From NCBI RefSeq assembly GCF_009914755.1, contig NC_060931.1: DNA of 64,000 bases. One strand, given 5' to 3'. Positions 16,056 to 30,428 of this stretch are shown piece after piece. The position numbers and the translations under genes are program-made. How positions within the stretch are numbered: position 1 is the first letter of the stretch; the number at the start of each line of letters is the position of its first letter. The notes beneath the pieces are model-generated. The model ran no database searches. It was not told where the DNA came from and saw only the letters and a list, made by a program, of their open reading frames with translations. This DNA comes from the human T2T-CHM13v2.0 reference genome, Homo sapiens.

Positions 16056-18140
16056 CTAAAGAAAGGAAACAAACAAACAAGCAGGAATTACTAATAAGAG
16101 CAATTTATTTCATTCTACTAGGCAAGTTACTGAAAATCTAGTCATAAAATTAGATTCTTCCAAAAGAATTCATGGAATAGCTAATACAGATTAGGTACTG
16201 AAACAGGCATTGATTATAAAAGAAAAACAAACCTCCAATCCCGAGGATCTTAAAGTTCAGGATAAGATGCAGATATACAATTACAGCTTTATTATTCACA
16301 GGAACACATGAAGGAGGAAGACAAAATAACCAATATTTGAGTAGCTACTATGTGAAGACACTGTACTAGTTATTTTACATTTGTTATTTCTTTTGATTTT
16401 TCCTAACAACCCCTATAGGATAGATGTTGTTAATACTATTTTATAGTGGAGACATCTAAAATTCAGGGGGAATGAATTTAGTATCACATGAGAAGGAGGG
16501 AGTAGGGAATTAGAAATGCTTTACAGAGATAATACTTGAATTGAGTCTGTGGTTGAAGAAAAAGTTTGCCAAGTAGGTAAGGAAGAGATTCTGGATAAAG
16601 AGAATAGCAGGTGCAAGAGTACAGGGGTAAAGGTCACTAAGGTGTAATTAAAACACAAATTATTGAAAAGTAGTAAGAGAAAAGGCTGGATATAACCATT
16701 TATTAAAAGAACTTTTGTGTCAGCATAAGGAATTAGATTTTACCTTTCTGATGATGTAGAGTTACTAAGAGATTTTCAACAGGAAATTTGAAAATTAGAC
16801 TTTTAAATGAGAATGTTTATTTGGAGAGTGGTGTGGATAAAAGGAACACAAAAATAGAAGCAGAATAATTAGGCAACTAACAGAGAAATGCATCCAAGAG
16901 ATGATGAAGGAAAACTTAAACTAAGGATCTGGCAGTGGCAGTCTTACTGTGGGGAGGAGGTAGAGCAATGACTTGAGAAACCTTTAGGAGAATAAACTGA
17001 AAAACTTGGTGATGGATTGTACGTAATGGAAGAATCTACGATGATTCTCAGTTTTTTTGGTTTCCACGGAAGGCGGTGCTGCCAAGCAAGGAATTGAATT
17101 TGGTGGTGCATGGTGGGGAAAACAGTGGGATAAAAGAAAACATTATGGCATAATAATTAAGAACACAGGCTCTTGAGTCAAGAGTCAATGTGAGTTTGGA
17201 TTCAGCTTCCACACTTATTAGCTTTATGATTTTGGGCAAGAATAATCTTAAGCCAAATGTTTCCGTATCTCTAGAATGGAGACAGTAGGTCTCAAGAAAA
17301 CAATGTACATAAAGTACCTAGGATTGTGCCTAGTACATAGCTGGTGTTCAAGCAAACATAATTATGATGACTGCAATGGTGAGGAGACATGCGGGTGGCA
17401 ACAACCAGTAAGTGGTAGAAAATGGGGGTCTTGCAAGGGTATTTATTCTGGGCTCTAAAGACTCATGAAGATAGATACAATTCAGAGTCGGTGAACCTCA
17501 ATGGGAAAAAAATACATCTTTATTTTCACTAACCTCTAACCAAGATTCAGTCTTTCCTTCAATTGCGAAGGTAGCACAGACACAGTAGTATTAGAGATGT
17601 CTCCAACAGAAATCAAAACTATGATCATAAAGAAGACCATAGGACATATTGTGAAGAAGGGAGAGTTGATAGGGGTGGAACAGAAAAGCCACTAAAGGAA
17701 ACGTAGCCTGAGAAGTAGAAGAAAATCAGTAGTTAAGAGTTGTTATGAATGGCAATGAAAGGGATGGATTCAAAGGAGAAAAGATTAGGCACATTAAGTA
17801 TACTGATTTTGGCAATGAGAAAACACTGGTGACTAGATTAGCTTCAGTGGCAGAAGCCAATTTACAGTAGAAACAACCAAGAAACTTAACCCAACAGAAA
17901 AGTTGGTCAAGGCTATTAACAGAGAATTCAGAGAAAAAGAAAGAAACAAAATTTGAATGGATAACAAATATGGGAATACAATAACCATAAGATGCCACAT
18001 TCTAGCAGAATGACAAAAATTAAGTAGATCATTAATATCAAGAGTTGACAAGTGTATTAGATGACCTTTCTGGGGAGTCCTTTAACAGTATCTACTGAAA
18101 TAAAAATACAATAAAAATTACTATTATTGGACCAAAGGTA

Positions 18141-18142
<2 letters not shown>

Positions 18143-18189
<47 letters not shown>

Positions 18190-18461
18190 CAGAGTCTTGC
18201 TCTGTTGCCCAGGCTGGAGTGCAGTGATGCGAGGCTCACTGTAACCTCTGCTCCTGGGTTCAAGTGATTCTCATGCCTCAGCCACCTGAGTAGTTGGGAT
18301 TACAGGTGTGTACCACCATGCCCAGCTAATTTTTGTATTTTTAGTAGAGATGGGGTTTCACCATGTTGGCCCGGCTCGCCTTGAACTCCTGGCCTCATGT
18401 GATCAATCTGCCTCAGCCTCCCAAAGTGCTAACATTATAGGCGTGAGCCACCATCCTAGCC
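18143..18461 (-). mobile_element. Alu whose tail is a (CA)n microsatellite, seen as (TG)~23 at 18143-18188
   Basis: Reverse Alu directly abutting the TG run. Confidence 0.93.
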
Positions 18462-19523
18462 CCCAAAGGATACTTCTAAGCCCATACAGAAATTCTTACT
18501 TGTAGAAGTTTTGACTACATACTATACAAAGTTTCTTACACTATTTCTAGAAGGAAAGGTTATAAAAAGCAAGCAATGTCAGCCTCCAATGAAAATAATA
18601 GCAAACTTCTAAGATACATTACTGGGATGTATATAGTATTTTCATTTAAGACAAGTCTATTCTCTTAGCTATTAGGCTGAAAAAAATGAACAATTTCACT
18701 TTAACAGTTTTATAAAATATAAACTTTATATACATAATACATATAATCAAGTCACTAAGAATAAAAAGTACCTGATGGTTGCTTTCAACAAGCAAACCTA
18801 AAATTAAAAAATGTAGGAAAACTCTTGTTCTATTTAGCAGTAAGTATTCATAGAACCATTTTCAAAAAAGATGTAAATCTTCTTTATTTTCTTTCTGATC
18901 TTTACTCTAGAAAACACAGAACTTAGGGTATATGACACATTTCTGCCAAAGCAACAGCAGTGATTACTTGTATTTTGTTTCCATGTACTATTTATATAAG
19001 TACACTTATAACTTAGATTTCAGTGTTCTTTAAATATTCAAATTTTATTTATCAAGAAAAAGAATAACTACTAAATGAGTAATTCACTAATGCCATATAT
19101 ATTTAATTTATGACCTCAAGGAAATTAAGATCCATTGAGAATTATCATTGGAAGTATCAACTGATAGCAGGTATGTAATTTTAGACAGGTGATTCACAAA
19201 TATATATGCGGAATATAAATTTATCAGCTCTTATTCTTAAGATAGTAAGACTGAGTTCAAATAAGCAAATTTTATTACTAGCAAAATTAGTCTTAATGAA
19301 TGAAACGAAAATATATACCTTTCTTGTGACATATAATTTTCAGAGCCACTGAATATGGATGGACAAATTGTACAAAACAAAACTCAACAGTGTGCCATTT
19401 ACACTATGTGAATGGTGCCTCTCCATCACAGCTGTACAGTATATAACCTACACAACTTTATATGGCAGGCCTGATAACTTTGTGCTTATTTAAAAAATTC
19501 AAAATAAGCAGATATGACATAGG

Positions 19524-19928
19524 TGTAGTAGACTGCATTATTTGATCAAATTCTCATGTCTTTTCTACAGAGCTAACTAGTACCAGTCCCCCGATCCCTG
19601 TCAGGGGACTATAATTCATGCCCCAGTGACATGAGGCCTGACCACATGACTTGCTTTAGCAAATAAAATATGATTGGAAGTTACTGTGTAACTTTTGAAC
19701 AGAAGCTTCAAGAGCCACTGAATGATCCTGCCATCTCTCTCTTCCCTTTCCCATGAGATCAGTATGTCCCAGGTTGAGACTGTTCCTCCAGCCTACTCTC
19801 AGAATGACAAGATCACTGTTGCTGAGCCATGATATAGACGATCAGGAAATAAAGTCTTGTTATAAGTGACTGACATTTAGAAATTATTTGTTACTACAGC
19901 ATAACACAGTATAAGCGAACTAAAACAA
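19524..19928 (+). mobile_element. MLT1-family (ERVL-MaLR) solo LTR
   Basis: TG start; ccacatgacttgcttt; aataaa...ttgttactacagcataac...aca end. Confidence 0.75.
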
Positions 19929-20586
19929 CAGGCCATTTAAAAAATTTGAAGTCAAGTACTAAGATAAAATTTACACTTTAAATAAAGGTATTTATAAGCA
20001 AAGGTATTATGCGCTCACTGTAGAATATCTGGAAAAGATTAAAATCATCAACAATCTCACCACTCACAGACAACTGACTGGTACTATTTTCTCTCAGAAT
20101 ATTTTCTTATAATACACATTTTCTTCCAGTGTTTTTCCTATGGATATATATAACTGACATTGTGCTTCACATGACCTTTTATATTGTGCCTTTTATAATT
20201 ATCATGAGTATTTTCCCATGACATTAAGTTTCAAAATAATTTTAATGATGAAAAAATAATTATATTGATGCAATGGAATTTAATCATTTTCCTGATGTTC
20301 AGTATTTAGAGTTTCCAATTTTAGAATGTTTATAAATAACAGGGGTGAACAATACACTTTTACATAATATCTTAACATCTATATAGATTTTTTGGGGTGG
20401 AGCTGTTTCCTTGATGGACATAGTTTTGAGATGCTTCTGACACCTTCAAGTGGATGTCAGTTAGCTCAGACAAAGAGTCTAAACAGGAACAGTTAAAAAT
20501 TTCAAATGTGAATGAAAATTTATTATTTCTGTTCAAAATATCTAAAATTAGCAACAGAATGGATATTAACATTTTAAATTGCACTC

Positions 20587-20709
20587 TTTATTTTTTTAAG
20601 AGAGTCTTGCTATGTTGCCAAGGCTGGCCTTGAACTCCTGGGCTCAAGTTATCCTCCTGCCTCAGTCTCTCAAGTAGATGGGACTACAGGCACACCCCAC
20701 GGCATTGGC
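20587..20709 (-). mobile_element. Alu monomer (FLAM-like)
   Basis: Single arm; TSD tttaaattgca. Confidence 0.85.
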
Positions 20710-22944
20710 TTTAAATTGCATACTTTAATTCTGCAAACATACTAAGTCAGAAAAAAGTAAATGCAGTGTGTGTATGCATTGTTGTAACAGATTATTTTAG
20801 AAGATTTTGACACATAGAAGAAAACTATCTTCAAATAAATCAGTAAATTGTTGAAGTCACATTACCAGGAGATTATAATCAATCAGTTCAACTTTTCCTG
20901 CTGTTAGTTTTCTTATGACTTAATGACTAATTTCTTCTTTAAAGAATGACTTTGAACAAATGGTAAGTAAAACCTTTTCCATAACAGCATGTAAACAAAG
21001 TCTGTGATTTAATAACAAGGTCAAATTCCTGGAATATATGTCTGCCAGTTTTATTTTTTTAAAAAAATTCAGTAGCTTTTAATACGTGAACTATTCAGGA
21101 TTCTGCACATTCTTTACATTTATTAAATCCCATAAAGTAAATTCATATAGGCAACCCTGCCATCATACAAATAAGTTATATAAAAACATTTAATTTGCAA
21201 GTCAGTCATTTAGAACTTAGAATATTCCTTCATAGAAACAATAATGAAAAAAAGCAAGAAAATGAACAATGATATTTAAGAAGGTGTGCTGATTTTTAAG
21301 TCCTCACAAGTGAAATCCTTCACAATGCATTTAAATATTTAAGAGCTATTATGTTGTTCTGAAACAATGATGAGGCATTATTTTAAATATAGATCTTGCT
21401 GTAATATGGGGATATATTAAGGAAGAAGAATGGAGAAATTGGAATAGGGAATTTTAATATGGGGAATATTTATAATTTAAGCTATCTAATAAAGATTTTA
21501 AGAAATTAGGATCGTCTATATTATTTCCTGGAATACTTCTCTGAACTCCAAAATAATGTGAAAATCTATTGTTTGTATGTTTAATTAATGTTTCTCATAA
21601 TTACAATATTAGTTTTAGTCTACTAGTGATAATACCATTGCATTTGCAAGTATAGGATATAATTCATTAACTCATTTATCCAAATATTCAATAAAATTTG
21701 TCTACACAGTCATGTCCCAGGCAATGGATAACATGGTTAATATATACACCAAGCTCCTTAGGTCATTCTGATAACTTAGCCAGGTAAGGGAACCACTAGC
21801 ATAAATCATGGTTACGAACCATAATATGTTTCAAAAGCATACATGTAAAAACCAAGTCTCTACTAACATGTAAGGTAGTTTTATGTTAGATATATAATCC
21901 TCATTTGTAAAATTATTTTAGGGAAAAAATCAAACTGGAATACGTTGAAATAAAAAACAGTATTTGTATTAGTAGAAAAATAAAATGATTGTGATCTCTT
22001 AAATCAACTAAAAAAAGAAAACTTAGAAAAGAATACTAAGCTGGTATTAAAAGTAAGATTAGAGGAAACTGAGGAAATAGAAAAATATTTGTGAAGATTT
22101 CTTACAGGGAACTTGTATGTACTTTTAAAAGCTCTAGAGGCAAAAAATTTGGTTTGTCCTCTGTACAGGCATTATTCCTATTCTTAGTCCCTGTGATAAT
22201 GGTTACTTTTGGACTCATATGAAACCAAAAGAAGAAAGGAAGAGAGTTTCCTAAGCAATAAAAGAACAGCTTACATAAGCAAGAGACTGGGTAAAATGTA
22301 ATTAACCGGACCAAGTGCAATGAGAGGTAGAAGGTGGGGAAAAACATTTGATGTACAAATCCTCAAAGTTGGGGAGAGAAAACCATTGTAAAAGAAAAAA
22401 GAATTTCACAGGCTGGTTATAAGGTGGTGTTGCTAAGTGACATAATTTCAAAATTATCTAGTTGGTGGAATGAAAACAATTATTATAGGTTATTTCGGAT
22501 TATAAAATCTAGGTGAAAATTACTGAAAAGACAATCATATATCTAAAAGGCAGAAGAGGCCTTACAGGGTTTGTATTCTATGCTACGGTTAAATTCTTTC
22601 CATAAGCAAAAATCTCTAGAAGTAGGTATTATGTACAATAAAACTGTTATCTTATTTATTCTGGACCTTATATTTCTATTAATGCAGCCTAACAGTGCTA
22701 GCTTTCCATAACTAGTCATGTGACACTGTTAACCTAAACTAAATAATAAACTTAAAAACTCTTAATGATTCTTCATGTATATTAAGGCCCATCCTATAGA
22801 AATATAGTTAATCTTAGACTTTCCATTTATCCTTATTAAAGTTAACTCTATTAATTTTTGAGAGATTTGCTTCAACCTGCCAAAGCCTTTAAAATCTTAA
22901 TGCTCTATGTCTCCATCTAGCCACCAGTCACATGTAGCTACCGA

Positions 22945-25900
22945 ACCCTTGAAATCATACAGTGTATATTCTCTGACCACAACAGAATCAAACTGGAAAT
23001 CGATAACAGAAAAATCTCCAAACATGTGGACATTAAACACCATACACCATGGGTTATTTAGATAATCCATGGGTCAAAGAGGGAGTCTCAAAGAAAATAA
23101 AAATATACATAGAAGTGAATGAAAATGATCACACAATGTATCACAATTTGTGGAATGCAACTAAAGCAGTGCTGAGAGGGAAATGTAAAAGACTAAATGT
23201 TTACATAAGAAAAAAAGTCTCAAAAATGATCTAGATTTCTGCCTCAAGAATCTAGAAAAAGAGCAAAATAAATTCAAAGTAAGCAGAAGGAATAGTAAGA
23301 ATAACAGCAGAAATCAATGACACTAAAAGCAAAAACAATAGAGAAAAGTTACTGAAACAAAAGAGCAGGTTCTTTGAAAAAAAATGCATAAACCTCTAGC
23401 AAGACTAACAGAGATAAAAAGAGAAAAGACAGAAATCGCCAATATAAAGAATGAAATGGGGTATTATAACAGATCCCACAGCCATCCAAAGAGTAGCTGG
23501 AAATACTAGGGGCAACTTTTGGCTTGATAAATTAGAAAAAATGAACCAAGTCCTTGAAAAACCACACATTACCAAAACTCAGCCAAAGCAAAACAGATAT
23601 AACTTGAATAATCCTATGACCATTAAATAAATCAAATTGTAATTTAAAAGCTTCCCCCACAAAATATCCAGGTCCAGATGGTTTCACTGGAGAAATCTAC
23701 AGAATGTTTAAAGAAGAGTTAATGTCAATTCTACACAATCTCTTACAGAAAATAAAAGGAGGGGGAATACATCCCAATTCATTTTGTGAGGCCAGTATTG
23801 TCCTGATACCAAAACCAGACAAAATACAAAAAGGAAACTTACAGAGCAATATTTATCATGAACTTAGACACAAAATTCTTAGCAAAATACTGGCAAATCA
23901 AATCCAATAATGCATAAAAAGAATAATAACCCACAACCACATGGGATTAATCCAGGTATGCAAGGTTGGCTCAATAGTTAAAAATCTAACAAAGTAACCA
24001 TATCAACAGGCTAAAGAAAAAAGTCATATGGTCGTATCAGTTGGGATAGAAAAAGCATTTGAAAAAATTCCACAACCATTCATGATAAAAACTTTTAGAA
24101 AAATGAATAGCGCATAACTTCCCCAATCTCATAATCTACAAAAAAACCTATAGCTAACATCACAGTTAATTAATAGTAAAAAAGTGCATGGTTTTCTCCT
24201 GAGATTGGGAAGAAGGCAAGAATGTCCACTATCTACCACTCTTATCCAACATAATACTGAAAGTCTTACCCACTGCCATGAGGGAAAAAAAAGGTATACA
24301 AATGTGAAAGGAAAAAATTAACCTCTTTTTGCAGACTACATGATTATCTACATAGAAAATCTCAAACAATCTACAAAAAGCCTCCTAGAACTAATAACTG
24401 AGTTCAGTAAGGTGGAAATGTACAGTCGAGACACAAAAATCAATTGCACATGGAAACAAATAAAAAGAGAAATACCATTGGCAATTGTGCCAAATAAAAT
24501 GAAATACTTAGGTATAAATCTAATGAAATATGCATGAGATCTGTATGATGAAAATGACAAAATGCTGATGAAAGAAAACAAAGGTCAGAAATGGTGGGTC
24601 AGGTTTGTCATCCCAGTACTTAGGGAGCCGAGGTGGGAGGATCACTTGAACCTAGGAGTTTGAGACCAACTGTGGCAACAAAGTGGAGACTCTGTCTCTA
24701 CAAAAAAGTTCAAAAATTAGCCAGGCATGGTGGTGCATGCCCATGGTCTCACCTACTCAGGAGGCTCAGGCGGGAGGATCACCTGAGCCCAGGAATTCGA
24801 GGTTGCAGTGAGCCCTCATTGTGCCATTGTTCTCCAACCTGGGTGACAGGGCGAGACCTGGTCTCAAAAAATATATTTTAAAAAAAGAAAACCTAAAACT
24901 TTTAGAGATATCTGTGTTTATGAATTAGTAGAATTAACATAGCTAAATGTCAATTATACCTAAATTAATCAATAGGATTCATGGAATTACTACCACAATC
25001 TCAGAAAGGTTTTTTGTAGACATAGAAAAGCTTTATCTAAAATGTATATGGAAAGAAAAAGGCTCTAGAAGAGCCAAGATGATTTTGAAAAAGAACAAAA
25101 TGGGAGGAATCACTCTTCCTGATATTAAGGTTTACCATATAGTTAGAGTAATCAAGACGTGGTACTTTCAGAGGGATAGACACATAAAGAACCCAGAATA
25201 GAGAACCCAGATTATACCCACACAAATATGTGCAATTAATTTTTGACATATAATCAAAAGCAATTCAATGGGGGAGGAACAGCCTTTTCAATAAATAGTG
25301 CTGGGGCAATTATCTATCCCCAGGTGAAAAAAAAAATGAACCTCAGCCTAAACCTCATAACTTTACAAAAATGAACTCAAAATGTATCATGGACTTAAAT
25401 GTAAAACTATAAAACTTCCGGGAAAAAAGCACAGGAGAAAATCTTTGAGACCTAATTTCTTAAACTGTTCTTTAACCTGATACTAAAAATATGCCAAAAG
25501 TACTGTTCTGTAAAGGGAAAATTTGGTAACTTAGACCTCATCAAAATAAAAGTTTCTGCTCTGTGAAAGACCCCATTAAGAGGATGAAAAGAAAAATTAC
25601 AGAGTTGGGAAAAATATTTACAAATCACATATCCAACAAAAGATTTCAATGTAGATAACTCCCAAAACTCAACATTAAAAAACAATTAATCCAACATAAA
25701 ATGGGCAAAAGATACTGTTAGAATTTCACCACAAAAAGTACACATATGGCAAATAAGATATAAAAGGCTGTTTGACATCATTAGCTATTAGTAAGTGCAA
25801 ATAAAAACACAACAAGCTATTACTGTATACCCATCAGAAATGGCTAAAAAAAATCATGCTAACACCAAATGATTGTGAGGATGGAGAGCAAACTGGATCA

Positions 25901-26471
25901 CTCATAAGCTTGCTAGAAACATAAAACAGTACTGCCATTCTGGAAAACAGTTGGGCAGTTTTAAAATATACTAAATATGCAACCACCGTACAACCTAACA
26001 ATTGTCCTCTTTGGCATTTATCCCAGAGAAAGAAAATGTATTTTCTAACAGAATCTTGTAGATGAATGTTCATGGCAGTTTTATTTGGAATAGCTAAAAA
26101 CTAAAATCTACTCAAATGTTCTTCAATGGATAAATGGTTAAACAAACTGTGGTATATACATACCATGGAATACTACTCAGCAATAAAAAGGAATTAACTA
26201 TTGTACTGATACATGCAACAACTTTGATGAACCTCAAGAAAATTAGGATGATTGAAAAAAGTTAATCTCAAAAGGATATATACTGTATGATTCTATTTAT
26301 ATAATATTCATGAAATAACATCATTAAAAAGATGGAGAACAAATTATTGGTTGCTAGGGGTTGGGATGGGGAGAAGGTTAGATGTGGCTATAAAGGGGTA
26401 TTATGAGACAGCCCTGTGTTAAGTACATTGAACACGGAAGTAGTTACATGAAGCTATAAATGTGATAAAAT

Positions 26472-26507
<36 letters not shown>

Positions 26508-26690
26508 AATGAGTGCATAACTCACAAAATATGAGTAAGCCGTATGGGTCATACCAATGTAAATTTTCTGGTTTTGATATTGTCTTACAGTTATAAAAGA
26601 TACCAATACTGGGCAAAACTAGGTACAGAATGCATGGGACTTCCCTGTGTATCTTTGAAATATCCCAATAATCTATATTTCAAAAAATTT
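22945..26690 (+). mobile_element. Degenerate L1 (L1MC-like): ORF2 plus 3' UTR in ASZ1 intron 10, antisense to the gene
   Basis: ORF2 peptides (NLWNATKAVLRGK; PNSFCEASIVLIPKP; MIIYIEN; KYLGINL). Confidence 0.9.
24583..24890 (+). mobile_element. AluJ inserted in L1
   Basis: Diverged dimeric Alu. Confidence 0.9.
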
Positions 26691-27249
26691 TTAAAAATCA
26701 TTTATTGCTCTATAATGTATTAATAAAATCAAATATTATTTTCAAAATAGATTTGGGATTATTAATAACCATTGCTTGACAAGTTCATAATATTGGAAAT
26801 GAAGTTTACATATTGGTAACATAATTTCTCATACAGTAAGGCTGAAAATAGAACTGAGCTACATGAGACATGTTTTCTTATTGCCCTAAGTGAAAATATT
26901 ACTACTTTGAATTTTCAATTTAACCTCTAAAATGATTTTTAAAGGTATACTATAAAAAGCATGGGATTGTTTGTAAGGTTCAATTTAGCAAGATGCAATG
27001 AAAAAATAAAACAAAAATATTTCTATGTGAGTTAACAAGAAGACATATTGTTTGCTTCTTGGTAAATGACTTTATAAAAATTGACTTTACAAAGTACATC
27101 TAATTTCAGAACACAGTATCTTCCAAAATCTATTACCCTGGGAAAATGATGGTATCAAGTAAAATGACTCAGACATTATGAAAATTAAACTAAAAAGAAC
27201 AATTGGTTCTTAACACTATTAATAATATAAACAAATAAGTTAATTTTAC

Positions 27250-27359
27250 CTGATTTCCAACTTTGTCTCTTCAGATAGCTCTCCAAATTGTATCTCTTCT
27301 ACCTGTAGTTCTTTAAGAGCAGCCAGAATTTTCTGCTGGTCTTTACTGGTAATTCCATT
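27250..27359 (-). CDS. ASZ1: ASZ1 exon 10 (110 nt): [36 protein letters not shown](S)
   Basis: Acceptor ctgcttag|AAT, donor AG|gtaaa; end of SAM domain (GI....Q.KIL.AL). Confidence 0.95.
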
Positions 27360-28328
27360 CTAAGCAGAAATAATTTTAAGGTACAGTAAGTTAGTTATAC
27401 TTGAGTAATTTAAAACTCAAAATTGCTAAAGATGTTTTCTTGATGAATTCACATCTTGAAAAAATAGGCATATATTGGAAAAATAACACACTTCTAAAAA
27501 ATATGTTTTTCTTATAACTGTGATTGATGTTAGTTACAGCATTAGAATATTGAGATATATAATAACTATAGTCAATTTTTTTGCAATACATAACAACTAT
27601 GATGGACTCCCAAAACAAATTACTAGAACTTAATATGTAATATTTCAAAAAAACACAGTAAAACAAAATTTCCTTCAAATTTTTATTTAAAATATTATCA
27701 GTGATAAATGAGAATTAGGCCCTATCTTTGTTTGTATTCTACCTTTAGTGTTAAACTAAATTTTCTATACTGGATTTAGTTTTGTAGTATGCTTACTGAT
27801 TTTTAGTGATATTAAAAATGTCAAGTTTCCAATGTGGTCATGCAGTCAGATCACTGCTTTTTACATATGCTATTTATCAAAGTGTCTCTAATACATCCCG
27901 CAGCTATATGTTATTAGATAATACTAGATGGCAAAATAAAAGGTCTCAGTTTTGAGAACCAAACAAAAGGCTTGGGAGACGTGTTAATACCCATATACAT
28001 AAAAAAACTATCTCTTATTTGTAAGTGCCCCATTTTACAAATCTATTGCACATTTGAAACTGAAGGATCAGTTCTAGCTGTCATGACAATCTGAAAAAAA
28101 CAAAAACAAAAACAAAACCCAAACTATAAGTCATTACATGTTCTTAAAGTAACTTAATACTAACACAAGATTTTAGATACGGTTATCCATAATCATATCT
28201 AATCAAGGACACAGTAGAAGATCAATCTTTTGTCTATAGCCCTGGCATTTTAAAAAGAGAGAAGAAAAGGATCCACAATTTTAAAAACATCAAACAATGT
28301 ATCGGGAATTTTTGAAATTGATACTAAC

Positions 28329-28385
28329 CTTTGTAAATTCATCTTCCCTCATGGTCAAAAGATGTCTTAACGTTATATCCCTTTC
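28329..28385 (-). CDS. ASZ1: ASZ1 exon 9 (57 nt), SAM domain: [19 protein letters not shown]
   Basis: Acceptor ttttatacag|GAA, donor AAG|gttag; in frame. Confidence 0.95.
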
Positions 28386-29386
28386 CTGTATAAAAGGAAA
28401 AAAAGGCCACCTTTCCATATAATTAAAATAGTAGAAGGAGAAGTAGGCAAATGTTCATAAGTTAGTTACTTGCTTCACTCTGAAGCAAATTCCAATTTTC
28501 TAGAGGGGACAGGATATATACATGCAGAACTATGCTACTGAGTAGACAGTAATGAGTATCATAATAATTATATTCACCTAAAAAGTATAAATATAGCTAG
28601 TTTTCCAGATTCAAATGATTACCATTCATATTTGCTTACATTAAAAGAAAAGCAGTTCTATAAAATTTGGCAGAAATTATGTTTTATGAATATTTTAAAT
28701 TTCTGACTGTATCACATTAAACCAACATGTAGTTTTACTCAAGATTTCTCCAAATAGGGAGACATTTCAAGATTATACAATGAAGCACAACTCTGAAATA
28801 TTTTAACAGAATGTGCACACTCCCAAGAAGAGTCTATCTTAAATAGTGCTTTACTGCTTCAGTATCTCCACCTAGCTGGTAACAACTGTCATGGACTCAA
28901 ACCCCATAATGTATGCTTAAAACACCCACACAGTGCTTGGCATATGATCTGATTTAACCTTCATGACAACCCAACACTAGGTATTATTATCCTTATGAAG
29001 AAAATGAGATATTTAAGTCACATATTTCAGTGATTAAACATTAGAGCAAGAATCTGATACCAGGTGTTTGGTTTAAAATCACGCTCTTCCAATATTCTAC
29101 TCAAGAAGATGAGCAACTACAGAAACAAACTAAGGGCTCAGGTGTATATGAAGGTTAGGCAGTGGGTAAAAACTGTTTAATCTCAGATTCTAATTTATGT
29201 AAATTTCTAGAATAATACATTTTTGCAATGTTTTTCACAAATTTAAAATTGGGATGTACTACAAATTATGGTGAAAAGTAAATTGGCAGTTATTCATAGA
29301 CATGTTTATGAATTAATATCTAACATTATATTAACCAACAAATTAACATATATGCATAACTCACTGTAGGTTATATAAGATCTTAC

Positions 29387-29462
29387 CTTTAGTAAATCTG
29401 TCATATGTTCAAGTCCAAGACCATGTAAAAATACTTCCAGATCTCCAAATGCTGTATATGAA
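29387..29462 (-). CDS. ASZ1: ASZ1 exon 8 (76 nt), start of SAM domain: [25 protein letters not shown]
   Basis: SAM-like FL..LGL..M...L motif in ORF 29306..29539; acceptor tacag|T, donor AAG|gtaag. Confidence 0.95.
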
Positions 29463-29726
29463 CTGTATACATTTATAGCAATGTCAATTTCAGAACAGAT
29501 TATAAATGCACAAGCGATAAATATACATTTATATTGCAAGAGAATATGAATAATAATGAATTCATGTAGAATATATTTGCAATCTGCACACCAGACCTAT
29601 GCTATATCAAAGGAATAAGTAAGGTTTTGTGACTGAAGATATATGAGGAGTATAACTCATCTTTCCCCAAATGAAAATATATGCCAGTATGTACTCCTTG
29701 TGAAATTTCTGCACATAAAAATCTCC

Positions 29727-29845
29727 TCAGCCTGGTACAGTAGCATACACCTGCAGTCCCAGCTACTTGGGAGGCTGTGGCGGGAGAACTGCTTGAGCAC
29801 AGGTGTTTGAGGCAAAAAAACCCACAAAAAACAAAAAATGAAAAA
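29727..29845 (+). mobile_element. Truncated Alu monomer
   Basis: cctgcagtcccagctacttgggaggctg plus A-rich tail. Confidence 0.8.
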
Positions 29846-30303
29846 AAACCACACCTCTTTAATTGCAGTAAGTAAAATTTAAGTAACTTTAAATGGGGTA
29901 AGGAGAGAATTATTTTTGGCCATGTACTCAACAGTGGTGTTCTGGGGGGAAAAGTATATGTTTAATTTTAGCTTATAAAATTAGAACTGTACTAAAAATA
30001 ATTAGAAAACAAGGTGTTATACTGTTTGAACACTAATATAATTTCAGAACCTTTTAAAAATAGATTTTATTGTTGATATCTTACTTAAAGTTTACATTTA
30101 AAGTTATTATCATTAGTGTTAGTACATAAAAATGAATAAAAATTTTCTAAAATTCTGGAGAACACTAAAAACCCAGACATTTAAAAATGCTTGTAAACAT
30201 TTAAAATATCATATATTTTAAATAAGTCACCACATTTACTACAATAAAATATACACAAATTTTACTTATAGGTATTCTGTTGAACTAAAACATGCTATAT
30301 TAC

Positions 30304-30428
30304 CTAAAAATGTGATCTTTTTCTCTATCAGAATCTGTTGTCAATATTTTACAAATAGTGTCTTCTTTAGTTAGCTGTTGAAGTTTTCCTTCCAATGGAT
30401 TTAAAGTAAAAGAAAGTAAGTTGAAGAT
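30304..30428 (-). CDS. ASZ1: ASZ1 exon 7 (125 nt): [41 protein letters not shown](S)
   Basis: Acceptor ttttttcag|ATC, donor AG|gtaat; open frame continuous with its neighbours. Confidence 0.95.
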
